A stretch of DNA of 61,830 bases, the filler included, from Choristocarpus tenellus KU-1152 (lineage: Eukaryota; Protista; Phaeophyceae), in the NCBI GenBank assembly GCA_964200185.2. It is 11 parts of 11 records of this genome, joined end to end, with 100 filler letters (N's around TTAATTAATTAA, not from the genome) between each part and the next. Parts side by side here need not be neighbours in the genome. Positions count along the whole stretch, not along the records: positions 28,817 to 42,474 come from CAXNAD020001418.1; positions 42,575 to 45,195 come from CAXNAD020026196.1; positions 45,296 to 50,435 come from CAXNAD020011746.1; positions 50,536 to 61,830 come from CAXNAD020002403.1; 7 more parts are not named here. One strand, given 5' to 3'. The notes under the pieces were generated by a model. The model was not told the origin of the DNA. It saw only the letters and a program-made list of their open reading frames with translations, and ran no database searches. Below are positions 40,501-53,720 of the stretch, in pieces. The position numbers and the translations under genes are program-made. Each line of letters starts with the position of its first letter. Position 1 is the first letter of the stretch.

Positions 40501-41310
40501 CCAACACCCATCCCTTGAATATACTCTCTACGATGGATGCCTGGAGAGGAAACTATAAGAGGAAAGAGCAAAGGGGGTTACAGAGAGGACAAGATAGCAC
40601 CTCATCTCTCTAAAATCAGCCCCTCTCCACCTGTCCTAACACATATCCACACCTCCTCCATCCTATAAAATTAATAAAATAATAACAAACTTATCATGTT
40701 AGATAGAACCAGCCCTAACCCCACAATCCGAGTTTGGCTTCCAAGCAATGAAAAAAAAAACTTAAATATTCCACAAAAAATATATATGTCAACATACATC
40801 TTCTCTAGCCTATAATTTTGGTTGAAAATATTGCACCAGCACATCCATCATCATTTCACTGCCTATCTGGACATCGATTTTCTTGTTGGTATGTAGATCT
40901 GTACTTGTGAGTCGAGACACACCTAAATTATCCAAGAGAAAAGGAAATGCAGTAAAAAAAAGGTCTCAAAATCTGTGCTTGCTTTTTTCTGCGATACAAC
41001 ATGGCATACAACAGGGTAGCATCAAGACTGAAGTACCTTGAGTTGACATACAGACAGTTCACTATAGCTGTCAAAGTAGAACCATTGGTTTGGAACATGG
41101 AGTGTGAATAACAGTTCTGTACGTCAATTCCTGGCCGCTTTCAATGTTGGCCTCACTTCACTGTGTCCTGATAGATGGATAGGTCCTACATGGTACAGAT
41201 GGTTCCACAGATGGAAGGACAGACAGGGGATGGGAGGCAGCAGCCTCATCTCACACACACATACCTTGGACGGGGAGGATACACTCTCAGGTGGGGAATA
41301 CAGACTGGGC
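37505..41310 (-). CDS. Multi-exon gene of unknown function containing micro-exons (partial)
   Basis: Phase-consistent chain: 40097-40078 (20 nt), 39709-39640 (VKKAAPGGGGKARRRKSEVDDDT), 38926-38910 (17 nt), 38584-38439 (DSKQAMLLKEWEQW..FPLRMW), 38124-37989 (AFHRTGQLARP..SMAEQ) and 37552-37505 (DEKSYLHLLHQLVEV*). Likely upstream exons lie near 40540, 41038-41068 and 41266-41310. No family motif recognised. Confidence 0.6.
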
Positions 41311-42885
41311 TGTATTTCTTTACGTTTGCATATTTTGATGTACAGGCTGTGTGCATCCTCCCAGGAGAAGATACCATACGCCAAGCACCAGTCTTGTGCC
41401 ATGTGGCTGGTGGAGATGAGAGACATACAGCAGTGGTAGATACAAATAGTGCACAGGTAAGACTATGGTACAATAGTGGAGTAATTTGGAGCAAGATGTT
41501 GATCACTTTGGTCGCTATATTAAAAAATGGAAACCTCAACCAATAGACCACAATCTCATTTCATACCTACTTGACAACATACAATATCATGGCATGTGCA
41601 CAATTGAAAACTTATGACAGTCACAGTCACAAATTGTTTCTCCCTTTGTTCAAGCAGGAGACACAAACATGTACGCATGGAACTATGCATGTGTGTGTGT
41701 GCGTGTGTACAAGGCTCTGTATTGCTGGTCATCGATACACCACAGAGGCAACACACACCTGTCCGGCTTTTGCTTGAGAAGTGTTTCATAGAAGACCCTA
41801 TCCGATCGGCCCTGAAACAAGAACAAAAACAATATGTCCACAAATAGCACAAGCAAAACAAGTACACAACATAGTGCGGTTGTAGCAGGTGCGTAATCTC
41901 ATCTTTGCATGTAATGTTGTCTTTGCAGCCTGCCTTCTTGACAGAAATACTTGTATAGCAGAAACAAGGATAAACAGTAGAAATCACACTATGCCTTCGA
42001 AGCAACTGGGCACCACGCCATCAGTCCACAGACAAGGTGCTTGTTCCTAGAGATGCCCCTACTCTCACAGACCACTTCTCACTTTAGCTTCTTGCATCAT
42101 GCTTGCAACCACATCAATAAACGAAACATACATCACATTCAATACAGTGTGTGCAAACAGAAAAACCTGTTCCACTAGGAATCATCACAACAGTTACACA
42201 TCTAGAATGTGTATCCATATCTCAGACAGAATAAACACAGAAAGTGCCAAGGATGCTCCAAAAATGATGCATGACAATAGACATACACTCAAATGTGTTC
42301 AGTGAACCCAATAGCATTCAAGTTCTATGTTCAGTATATTTTTTATTCCAACTTGGTTGTGGCAAGATATGTCTCTAGTGTTTGATTAGACTCTTTCAAC
42401 TCTATAAGACAGTTACGTGGACAGTTACAGAGTAACGGAACAATCACTTAGTGGTTGAGTTATCAGAACCTTTTNNNNNNNNNNNNNNNNNNNNNNNNNN
42501 NNNNNNNNNNNNNNNNNNTTAATTAATTAANNNNNNNNNNNNNNNNNNNNNNNNNNNNNNNNNNNNNNNNNNNNATTGCTAATAGCAGGAATAGCCAACC
42601 GTTGACTTCAACTCCAGGCAAGATCTTGGCCAATCTGTACCTCGTTCCTGCCTCCAACAAGTGTCACTGTCATAAGCTATAGACAGGCTGGCGTCCTCGA
42701 CAATGACTTCTTTCAAACTATTTCGCCCCACAAGCCGCCTCCATTAGATGTGTGAACCACGTCAACCGTATCGTTTGCTCTGCTTTATTGATATGCTATC
42801 GTTCTTCCATTACACTTTCCGATTTTTTACGTCGCTATCGTCCCCTCCTTTCCTCAACAACGTTCTCCGCCGTGTCCACCACCAG

Positions 42886-45067
42886 ATTTTCGAGAAGGAC
42901 TCGACGCTACGCGCTTACCTCACCACCTGGGATGGGAAATACCAGGATGTCCTCAACCAGGTCAACCTCCATCACGTCCACAGCGGGCGGGGCGGTGATG
43001 GCGGCGGCGCCGACGTCGAGAGCAACAACGGATCGGCAGCAGATGGCGGGGGGGAAGAAGACGAGGGAGGGTATGGAGACGAGGGAGGGTACGAACACGA
43101 AGGAGGGGACGAAGACGAGGGAGGGGACGGACTGCCAGGCAGGGAGGATACGGGCGAGGGGGGTTCTGTCGGCAGCATTCCTGGTGCGGAAGAAGAACAA
43201 AACGGCCATGGAGGGTGGAATGCGGGCGTTTGCTGTCCAACATGCAATCCTCCACCTACGACTCAGTGCACACGCGGATGGTGAGTAATTAATGGCGTAA
43301 GATTAGTTTTCATCCGATCGCCCAAACGGCTAACTAAGTTGTCTTGCTTCAGTAATGCACACCACCACACCGGTGGATGTCGCGGGGTCCCTCTGTATGT
43401 GGCACTTTGGTCGCTACCCCCAGGTCTCTTTGCTTGCCACAGCCTGAGTGTGCTAGTGCATGTGGCAACCGACTGTTGTATCTCACCTGTAGTTTGTATT
43501 ATTTTGTGCCACCAATTTCGTGGTCCTTGGTAGCCGTGGATCGCCACATTGCGTTGTTGCGCCCAATTAATGATGTGGAAAAAATGCTGTTCTGTCTTTT
43601 TGATGCTCTCGTTCGATGACACTTGCGGCAGGTATTCCTGCCCAAGGTGCTCCATCACGCACATGGGCGAATGCGCCAACGCAGAGATTGTGGGCGATGA
43701 GAGGCACAAGGATCGATTGTGTATTGATTGCCCCGTGGCACAGGAGGGCAGTGAAGGGACTGGACCGATGGGGAACGCAGCAGCGGGTCTGGGCAAGGGC
43801 AAGGGTAAGGGTAAACGTAACGCAAGGAGCGCCAGCGGGTCACCCTGCAGGCAAAGCCTTTTACGTCTCCCCTCATCCGGCGAAATGGCGGAGATGGAGA
43901 AGTGCATGTGGGTCTCGGCGTGGTTGCACATTATAAGGACATTCAAGTCATCTCTGCGTGTTCGGTTTTGTGTTGGTTTGCACATGGGTCTCGGCTGGTT
44001 GTACATCATGTGGATTGCTCATCCTTTGTGTGTTCGGTATGGCGTTTTTTTGGAGGTTTCCATGGGCCATGGAACTTACCTGTTTGACGTCTCCCCTCCT
44101 TCCACAAGATGTATCTGATGGGTTTGGCGTTGTGGAGGGTACGGCTTTACATTTTGGGGTGCCGAGAAAATATTATCAGGTCCTTACTTATTGATACAAT
44201 TGCCTGCACCATTGTTTACGATGCTGTTCTTCTTGTCATGCTGTCTGTGTACTGTGTCATGTGTCATGATGTCCAACCAGGGTTGAGAACACTGCACTAC
44301 ACGACCTTCGCCCTCTCGACCCGACGCTACCCTTAGATGGCCTGCAAGACTTCGCCTTCCGCAACGCGCCAAAGTTCGCCATAGTGTCCATTGCCGCCGA
44401 GCCAAGACTCCTCAAGGACGAAGAGGTGACCAACACCCACTTGCGCCAGGTGATGAGGAACTTGCAGATGAAGATACATCCTCAGGGCACCATCGCGCTA
44501 TTTGTGCCCCACCCGTGGGCAATGCAATCACACCGCCTACATGCTGGTTAGTTGCAGAGTTCACCAGCGCTCAATACACCCCGTATTGTGGGAGACTATT
44601 GCCAATCCACCATGGCTGTTATCAGTCCGCCCGTGTCTTGATTGGAAACGGTGGCGGCCGTTCAAGAGATGTGGATTCTGTCGTGTGTCTTTTTTTTCGC
44701 TTTCCCCATGTTGTTTCATCTTCTTCGCACCATGTATTTCCTTTTGTGTCTTTTGCTCTTCCCCCCCGTATCCTTTTTAGTTCTTTGTTTGATTGTCTGT
44801 GAATCGCATGCTGGTGTTACTTGTCTTCACTACCTTTTTTTTTCCCGTCTTTCCTTCTATTTATGAATTTCCTATTGTTTGCATTTTTGCATTGTTATTT
44901 GGTTTGCGTTCCACCCTTGTTGTACTACTATTATGTACGTGGTATGCGATTTCATGAAGCTCAACGATACTGTACTTGTGTGCTGTCATTGTCAAGTTTG
45001 ACGCATGTCGGACCCATGCGCTCGCTCCCGCCTTCTCTTCATTCAGGGGACTCTTATGGCATCGAAG
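42886..45067 (+). CDS. PHD-like zinc-finger protein with an acidic Gly/Glu/Asp repeat (internal exons; partial)
   Basis: Exon 42886-43280 (..tg|gtgagt) joins 43632-43804 (cag|g tat..), giving CCPTC-x8-C-TRGWYSCPRCSITHMGEC-x14-LCIDC, a C4HC3-like spacing. It continues in phase to 44337-44546 (DGLQDFAFRNAPKFAIV..RQVMRNLQMKIHPQGTIALFVPHPW) and possibly 45047-45067. Confidence 0.65.
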
Positions 45068-45966
45068 GTGGGCTTGGTTGTGGTAGATCATCCCCTGCTT
45101 ATAATGTACAAGGCGAGGGGGGGGGACGCCCTCCCGCAGGCACTGAGAACCATCTCAGATGCCACCAGCACATGATTCTTCTCGCACACAACGATNNNNN
45201 NNNNNNNNNNNNNNNNNNNNNNNNNNNNNNNNNNNNNNNTTAATTAATTAANNNNNNNNNNNNNNNNNNNNNNNNNNNNNNNNNNNNNNNNNNNNTGGGT
45301 ATTGCCACTGCTTGTCTTTTAATCTTCTTCAGCAGATGGTCAAATTGCAGCAAGGGGGGGGGGGGGGGGGGAGGGGGGTTTACACTGGCAAAGGAAAAGC
45401 TCGTGGTGTTCACTCTCGTCTTCCTTTGAATAAAATTCTTGCCAGGACGCAGTAATACCCCTCGAGGGTTTCTCATTCCCCCCTACCAAATTGAAAATAA
45501 AATTGGACCAGTTGGACTTACAGGAGGAACAAAGCAAGTCCCCACCCAAACTTGAGGCTAGAAGCAAAAGAAATGAACAAACACCAAATGAAAAAAACGT
45601 CATAGCTAAAACAAGCAAAAAAATGCACAATCATTGTCATGTAAATATGTTGGAAGTACTGCAACTGGACCATCAGCAGTCATTTCTATGGGCAAACACA
45701 CGTATCTGTGCAGAGGTGGCAAATTCTACCGATCCAGTACAACCCAGTCACGCCAAATATATAAAATATATAAAATATATATTAATGACAAAAAGAGTAA
45801 GGCACCTTCCATTGAAAGAATTCTTCTGGCATGGTGCAGATAATATTAAACAACAAAAGAGCCCCGTCGACAGAAGCCTCCAATTATAATGTACTACTAC
45901 TACAGCTGAGCTCACATGCCATGCAAGCAATTCACACTCTTTCTACTTGCATTACTACTTTTATCA

Positions 45967-47368
45967 CCTTGATCGGGCAGGATTTCTGCGTTCTTGGTCC
46001 CCTACCATCGGGACTGTTGAAGTCGGCATTGTCCTACTACTGTGACCCAAATATGCATCCGGCAGTCTCTCCTCAAGAGGTGCCCGGCGCTTGCGCATGT
46101 TGTGGCCGCAGCCCACACCTTTCCCCACAAGGCCATCCTGCAGCGGAAAAGACGTGGTCAAGGAATTACAACCATTAACCCCATTTTCATCCACCTGCAA
46201 TGCATGTTGTGGTGCAGACACAAGAGCCAGGGCCATGCAGGGCAGGGCGAGGCAGGCAAGGGGTTCAACGGGGGAGAGGCTGAGAGAAAAGGAATAAGAA
46301 GAATATGACACCAAATGAGGAAGAGATATGCCCAAATATTGGAATGTTGGGTCACGAGGGTGGTTAAGTTGGAGGGAGAGCAGGGGGAGCACTCACACAA
46401 TTATTTCGGAATCAGTACCATAACCCCCCACACACATTAGCTCTGCCCAGTAACGGCGTGCAGTTAGAAATAAAGTGCCATGGGCAAGGGTCATTTGTAT
46501 TATACATCCATTTGGTGCGGATTCAAGATACCAGCGAGCAGGAAAAGGGACTGAAGAGGCATCCATTTAGCATCTATTGGCGGAAAAACACATTAGGGGC
46601 CCAAGTGTGATTTAAACATCAGAGCATAGGAGGGGAGGGAGTTACTTGGCCATCCACACCTATATTAGGAGAGGTACAGATTGCCGTGATTTTAGAATGG
46701 GGGCCTATTGAGAGGACCTCAAATGCTGAAGACGGGTGTTCAGAAGTGATAAGTTGTATTACACAGTATAGTGCAATCCCTCTAAGTATTACAAGATGCA
46801 CTTAGCGTCGTAATCAAGGGAGCAGGGTCATAAACGGCAATGTTGGTAGCGAATTCCGACCTCAATCGTGCGCCGATGGGCACAACGTGCAAGCTGAGTG
46901 GACGGGCATAGTGCGTTTGAGACGTTCCCAGGAGAATATGGGGTGTACGACTTCGAAATCGGGATGGAAGATAGGCGCTTCTGAATTATCGATATCCCCA
47001 CAACTCGCCCAATCCTCCTCAACAGTCAGAACCAAGTCGAAGTCGATCGACTTGAACTTCCAAACTTACGAACCGTTCACTTTGACTTCATCCAACTATT
47101 GAGCATTCATGGTTCCTACCTGCCGCTTCGCGGAAGTCAACGACGACGGTTCATCCTGGGGAGACATCGCAACAAGAGCCTCCATGAAGGCCTCGAACCC
47201 TCCTCCACTACTTGGCTCGAAGGACCCACGACTGCCGCAGCTCGAGTGTGGAGAACACGAGGACCTTGGTAGCGGTGATGATGTTGAATCCACTCCGCCT
47301 ATTTCCCCCCCAGCACTTACTGCCTCCAATCCCCCTGCTTCAGGAGCTCTTCCTGACCTGGACATTGC
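45967..47368 (-). CDS. Possible low-complexity (Ser/Gly-rich) gene, 5' exons
   Basis: MSRSGRAPEAGG...SAKRQ|gtagga (donor near 47119, phase 0) can join ctgcag|DGLVGKGVG..RNPARS|gtgata (about 46137-45967). No homology motif; the antisense frame is also largely open. Confidence 0.35.
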
Positions 47369-50300
47369 GACCCCTCTCGAGTGGTACGATATCCCCAACG
47401 GTTTGCGAGCGTTGAGGTCTATGTCCTTCGCCAATCAGGTTTCTTGGGCTACCTCGGTCAACTCGCCTAGACCGTCGAAAATGGGTTGCAAGAAGGCAGA
47501 TGTACGGTGGAGGCCCTTTGAAGTGACTGCCAAGGACTCCCTCCTTCGCGATTTGAATGCAATGACAACGGCTCCCCCGTTTTTTTCTCGTTGTTGCATG
47601 ATCCCTATTCCCAATTTAAACCTTTGGACGGGTGGACGATGGTACAGACTATTTTCGATCCAGGTCTTCTTCCTGGGATAATCTTAAATAACTAAACTTA
47701 AAGTAATCAAATAACGAAATCTCTCAAACTTTTGTAAGTTTCTAACTCATTGTAGCGTGATCTGCAGACCAGAGAAATCTACTCGTAAAATCCAGAGCTT
47801 GTAGATAATAGGAAGAGAAAAGGCAGCCAGCAAGCGCCAATAGATACAAGAAATAAAGGAGAGATGTATGGATGCCATATAGTTTTCAGGTATGACAAAA
47901 TTTGCCAAATATATGTATCAGTGGGCATATATATTATGTTCTATTATATATTTATACCATATCTATGATGTAAACATGTAGTATGATGGATTTGTATACA
48001 TCTCTACATAAATGTACTTGTTCAAAATTTGCGAAGTGACACGAATTTTTTACGTTTGTAGTTTTGTTTTAACTTTACCTACATGAATCGACAACACTTT
48101 CAAATGTTTTGAAGGATCACTGTTCACTGCTAGTACTGTTGTAAGAAGAGTACTGTTGTAGAAACCATCTGAAATTAAAATATCAAACTAGAAAAAATAG
48201 ATACTCAGAAGTAATATAGCTATATCAAGTATCTATTATTGAGATTAAATTTGCTAGATGTATCTTGGACAAGGAGGAAGAGTTGAAAACACACAATTTA
48301 CTAAATATGTGGGCAGATCGCCAACTGCGAACCTACAGGAAGATATAACTCAGAGTCAAGGAGAATACATCTCGAAAGAAAAAAGGTATAAGAAAGAAAA
48401 TCCAAAAAAGAAAATCGGATCGGGATAATCAATATTCAACAACTACAGTTCCAGCTAGAAGAGAATCATCGATCATGAATAAGAATGGGTCCTGGGTGTG
48501 CTTGCGCCCTGATTTGGTTGATTGACAACCTGTGCCTTCACTGGGACTACCTTACTTAGCCTGGCGGACATCACCTACTACGTGCCGTACTCGTCCATGA
48601 AGCAGCTCCTTCCATCCAAAACACCATACACATACATACACTATACATACTTCGTAGTACTCCAAACACAGTACAATAATACCATTATTATTGTACTATT
48701 TGTAATATTATGATTCAAACTAACTGATAAGTAAAGCGAGGTTGCATTTTAAGGATCTAGAGAAAGTGCAAAAATATGTCAGTTGGTACAATTACAGAAA
48801 TAGTCTTTGCTGAATTGTGGCGTTATTTTGTGTGTGAAAAGGGAGAATATCGATTTTTGAAGTACACTACTGTACAAAGGAATGAAATAGTGTGTATTGC
48901 ACCAAGAAAAAAAAAAGAGTGCAAAAGGTTCGAAATCTGCCGACCTCATATTTCGTTTGGTTTTATATGTGTGTTACACAACATGCACACCACCACCATG
49001 CCACCTAACTTTCCGAAATGTATTTGCCCTTGTAGGCCACCCCTCGAACGTCATCACGAACTTCTCAATATTATCTAGAAAGCACTTCCACCAGTAGTAG
49101 TAGTAGTGCTTTCTGCTTTCTATTTGGTGCAAGTACCTCAAGCACCACCACCCAACATATTTGCTTTTGTAGTAGCTCATCCCTACTATCCATCCATCCA
49201 TACAACTGACCGTGTGTATCACACTTTGAGGCATAGAATAAAAGGTAGTACCATAATGATAATACCTCATTCGTATGATATGGAGTAGTCAAGTGTGTTC
49301 CTTCCTACAAGTTCGTAGCGTTGCTCGGCCTTACCAATTCCCACACGATATTTTGATTGAGCTATCTAGTCTTTGGTGGAGGGGTGTCATTGATGAGTAT
49401 TTGGGGCCCCACTTTTTGACTGCACCTTATATTACCTATAATATGTATGTAGTATATGCTTCTAGCAGTATGATGGGAGATCTCGTGGCCATTCCGTGGT
49501 TTGAAAAAAATGATACATACTCTTCTTCTGAAGTCGAAGTCATCAACCTCATTCTAAGTAGGGTGAGTGGACTGCATTACAGGCACAGTGGCACAGGACA
49601 TCAAGCAGAAGAAGATTTTAAAGGGTCTAATAATACTCAAAAGGGTCCAAATAGAAGTGAGAAGTGAAATAGGATGGCTCTTTTATACTAGTTCCTAGCT
49701 ACATTCAAGTAGTAGCACTGGTAAAGTACATGGAGCTGATCGGCATTTTGCAGATAACATGTCGCCGTAGGGACGAATCTGAAATAGCATGATACACTTA
49801 TGCATACCAACTCATGATACTACAATGAGAACTGAACCGAATAACTAACTCTAGTAGTAGTAACTACTACTTAATACAGTAATATATGTATATATGCTCC
49901 AAGTACTACTACTACCAGCTATTGTTTCTACTGTTACTACTGTTTTGCTGCTCCACCCTAGCTGAAATCGACACGTAGGTGCCTTCTAGAAGTCGCAGGT
50001 AGGAGACCGTCCTACAAATTAATAGTACTATTCCCTCTGTCCCATAAATCTGGGCCGTTAAGCTGTAGCTCTTCGGGATGACCTCCAGTTACAAAACAGA
50101 CTCTTGTGTTAGATTCGTTGGAATATTTGGATTGAATAATTACATTTCAAAGAATTCTACAGAGAATTATGTTCTGAAATGATTCCGAAAAATGGAACAC
50201 CGAATGGTTCATATTCATATCATTTTTTAATGTCCCTGCTGCAGTGTGGAGTCGCACAACACTCACAATCCCCATGAAGAGCCCCCACAGTCTGTCTTCC

Positions 50301-50548
50301 CCGGCACGAAGCCCACCATTTCGGGGAAAGAACTTCGAGCAGACTGAGGAAGGTCGGACCGTGTGCAAAATAGGACAATAGTGAGGTGTACCTTATTTTG
50401 TGTATATGACATTATTGCGTTGAATTGAGTCCATGNNNNNNNNNNNNNNNNNNNNNNNNNNNNNNNNNNNNNNNNNNNNTTAATTAATTAANNNNNNNNN
50501 NNNNNNNNNNNNNNNNNNNNNNNNNNNNNNNNNNNGGGGGGGGGGGGG

Positions 50549-50584
<36 letters not shown>

Positions 50585-50589
50585 GGCAG

Positions 50590-50994
50590 GTTATCTACCG
50601 GGAAGAAAGGGGGAGTGGTAAGTCTGGGGTTGTCCGAGATCGATCCTTGCTAGGCGTGTCACCGATTCATCGAGATCGATTGTCCCCTGCCCCTGCAATC
50701 CATTCCACTCCGGCCATCACTCCTCCTTGGTCGTCGAGGTGGCTATCGACCCCTCGCGGGAGAGGGACTGCATCCCTGCGGCGTGGCTTGCCCGGGGTCT
50801 CGCCTGAGGGTGGGGGAACTAGGAGGTCCGGGGCTCTTGCTCGAGCTCAGGCTAAAGTGCAGGAGGGCGAGGAGGGTCGGAGGGAGGGTGGGGGTGAAGA
50901 TGAAAATGAGATGGCGGCAGCTTCAACGTCTCGTGAGAAGATCAAGTCCGCTCCGGCGGCGCTTATGCTTGCTCAGACCCGAATGCAGTTGTGA
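50590..50994 (+). CDS. Probable terminal exon of an unknown low-complexity protein
   Basis: ggcag|VIYREERGSGKSGVVRDRS...AQTRMQL* is a GC-rich 405-nt open frame right after the contig start. It is followed by GT-rich, UTR-like sequence. Confidence 0.4.
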   Translation, partial: VIYREERGSGKSGVVRDRSLLGVSPIHRDRLSPAPAIHSTPAITPPWSSRWLSTPRGRGTASLRRGLPGVSPEGGGTRRSGALARAQAKVQEGEEGRREGGGEDENEMAAASTSREKIKSAPAALMLAQTRMQL

Positions 50995-51967
50995 CTGTTT
51001 CCGAGGGGGAGTGGAGTGACCTCGATGGCGTGCGTGTCTGTTGGATGGGCTTGCTTGTTTTCTGCTTCTGGCGGGAGAGACAGGGTTGGCCGGTCGTGTT
51101 GGGTTGGGGGTTTTTTTTGGCGTGCGTATGACGACTGGCAGTGTGTTTGTTGCATGTTGAGTGTCAAGTGTCGGGACCGGGCTGTTGTTTTTGGTGTGGA
51201 GGTGGAGGTGAAGGTGGAGTTCAACAGATGTCGCGGGGCAGGGGCAGTAGAGGTGAACCGGCGTAGTAGAAATCACGAGAAAAGAGGTAGGGATGGGTAA
51301 ATCTAACCTAGGAAGGCTTTCTTCTTTCCCGGGATGTGTACTTCTTTGCAGGGGATATGTAGGTAGGTAGGAGGGGGTTCTTTTGCTAGGAGTGTTGTGT
51401 CCTGTCATGGAAGGGTTGGAGGTTATAGGCCCTGTGGCGGATGTACGAGTTGTTTGCGCAGGCGTTTGTTCCTTTTTTTTCGTGAGGTGTAACTTACTGC
51501 TTCTTTTTTTTCAAAGGTGTTTCTGGATGGTCGGTCGGTTGGTTGGTTGGTTGGTTGCTAATATATTTGATTCCTTTTGGGGGTAAGGGAAAGAATAAAT
51601 CGGCGAAGGGGTTAGCAATTCAGGTATGATATACAAGGGGTAGCTCAGTCTCCCTTCACTTTAGATCCATACATGCAATGCACATGCGGCGAGAGAGAGA
51701 GAGAGGAGGGTGGTGTGGTGTGGTGCAGCTCTGTGTGTCTGCCCTCTTGAGTAATTTTTTTTTTCTATGACCTTGGTGTCTTGTTGCACTATTGCTGTCT
51801 TGTCAGGAATCGTTGGGTGTGTGAGGTGCACGGGGGCTAGTGTGGGTGGGTTGGCGGGGGTGGGTTGAAAAAGAGTAGTGAGTTGAACAATGGAGGGGAA
51901 GAGGCATTTTATACGGGAATAAATGATGGGCCTGCAGTCAGGTAGTTTGCACACGTTGTGCTAGGGC

Positions 51968-52001
<34 letters not shown>

Positions 52002-53249
52002 GTGTTCCATGTTTTGTTCATTTTTCTGTCTCTTTTTATTGTTTTTCGTATTCTTTTGGTATCAGCTTTTTAGTTGGGAATTGCTTGTTGGATGGTGGTG
52101 AGGTGAATGTGTATCGGGGATGGCTGTGTGTGTGGGAGGGTGCACGGTTTATTATTTGCAGCCGAGCAGTGGGGAGTGGACAAGGAAGGCACGAACCGTG
52201 TATGTATATTGGTCCCCACCACTAATAGGCGTTTTTTAGAGGAAGCAGCGGCAACAAACAACAAACAACAGTGTGCGAGCGTTAACAGTTGTTTTTTTTT
52301 AGTAAGGGAATGCTTGCCACGTTTTTTTATTTCTTGTACAAGGAGTGTGATGGACAGCGCCCGGCACCTCCGGGGGGACTGCTGCACGTTGTTGCTGTAC
52401 TTTTCTTTTCTTTCCTTTCTTTTTTTTGCTACCGATTTTTTCTGTTGAATATGTTCTTGTCAAATGATACCGTACACGTAGGTAGCATGTGATGAGGTTT
52501 CTGCTGGCCTAGTGAGATTGTCGCTTGAGTTCGGATGGCAGTTGTTGCGTGGCTTCTTCTTCTTCTTCATGGATGGGCGTGTCCTGATGCGCTAGAGATG
52601 GAAGTTTTCGTTTTGCGTGCTGCCTCTGGGTGGGTGGAGTTGAGGACTCCTACGGTGTTGAAAGTGACGTTGCTTGTTTGAGATGGAGGAGCAACTATTT
52701 TGCCTGTGATCAGTTTGGATGATTCTGTGCTGAGGCCCTGGCTGTATGCTGTAGTAGCAACGACTGGGATATTCGCTTTTGTGTGTATGTTTGTTGGTGT
52801 GTTGGTGTGTGTATAGTTTGAACTCCTTACTAGATGGTCTAGAGTATGATGACATTATGTGGAGGTACTGTCTTATGTTTTACTACCTCCATGTGCTGTT
52901 GATTATTGTTTGCAAGAGCTAGTCAGGATGATAATAAAATTACATGCATGGTACGTACTGTTGAGTACCAGGAAAAGTCTCAAATGGTGGCGTCAAACAT
53001 GGATACCGGTTCTCCGGTCAGATCCAAGGATAGCGCTGAGTGATGATGATGATGATGATTATGGTTCAGGTTAGCGGCCATAAGTAAATGTTTTGAAAGC
53101 TTGATGCATTCATTAGGGTGTTGTTAATCAGTTACGTACGGTAAAAGAAGAGAGTTTTGCAATGATGTTATTTTTTGTGAGGTATTATTGTGTGAGGAAG
53201 GATCTAATATGTTACTTAAGAGAGACCTTGAGAGATGTCAATATTCTAA

Positions 53250-53720
53250 TTAATGCATTGTAACGACAGGTTCTGTGGTTCACTACTTCTCTCATCATCG
53301 CATTATGTCCAGTTCCCATTTGTTGCCCATTTTGGATTCCTTGGTGATTGTGCTACAAGCCAAAGTAAATGAGGGATACCCAGTTTTGGCCCCCTTTTTT
53401 GGAACTGTGAGGACGGTTTTTCAGTCTCCATTATTCCGCCCATATTACTATGGACGGAGTATTGAGCTTGACTTGAGAGGGTTGATTTCCGTCATCTGTG
53501 AAAATATGCTGAACTCATTGTGAAAAGAGTCCAACTTTGCACATGGTTTACCGGAATGCTCAAAGTGCAACTCTGCGTACCTCTCGTTTACTTTGGCTCT
53601 CCGAAGGAAGGTTTATGTACGCTGGTTCGTATAAACTGGGAAAACCTTCCCACTTGATCCAAATACGCTGAGAGCTAACACCATTTTGGAACGCCACGTT
53701 AGACTGGTGGAGTATATATT
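53250..53720 (-). mobile_element. Possible decayed Tc1/mariner transposase fragment
   Basis: Minus-strand fragments KPSFGEPK..YAELHFEHSGKPCAKLDSF and FTDD..VKLNTPSIVIWA loosely follow the Tc1 pattern 'KP..RL.FA..H..W..FSDE / VKH..SVMVWG'. Heavily disrupted. Confidence 0.3.

Noticed and set aside
40436-40540. PHD finger in the unknown minus-strand gene (..KWFCICC..)
   Set aside because: Only one of two possible frames gives it, upstream Cys/His ligands are missing, and the other frame fits the upstream exons better.
43263-44009. 248-aa minus-strand ORF (longest in the track)
   Set aside because: Antisense shadow of the GC-rich + strand PHD-like exon; no motifs.
6636-50535. Regularly recurring TTAATTAATTAA within N runs, and ORFs running through them
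   Set aside because: Artificial contig linkers. ORFs containing X runs, and any gene neighbourhood across linkers, are artefacts.
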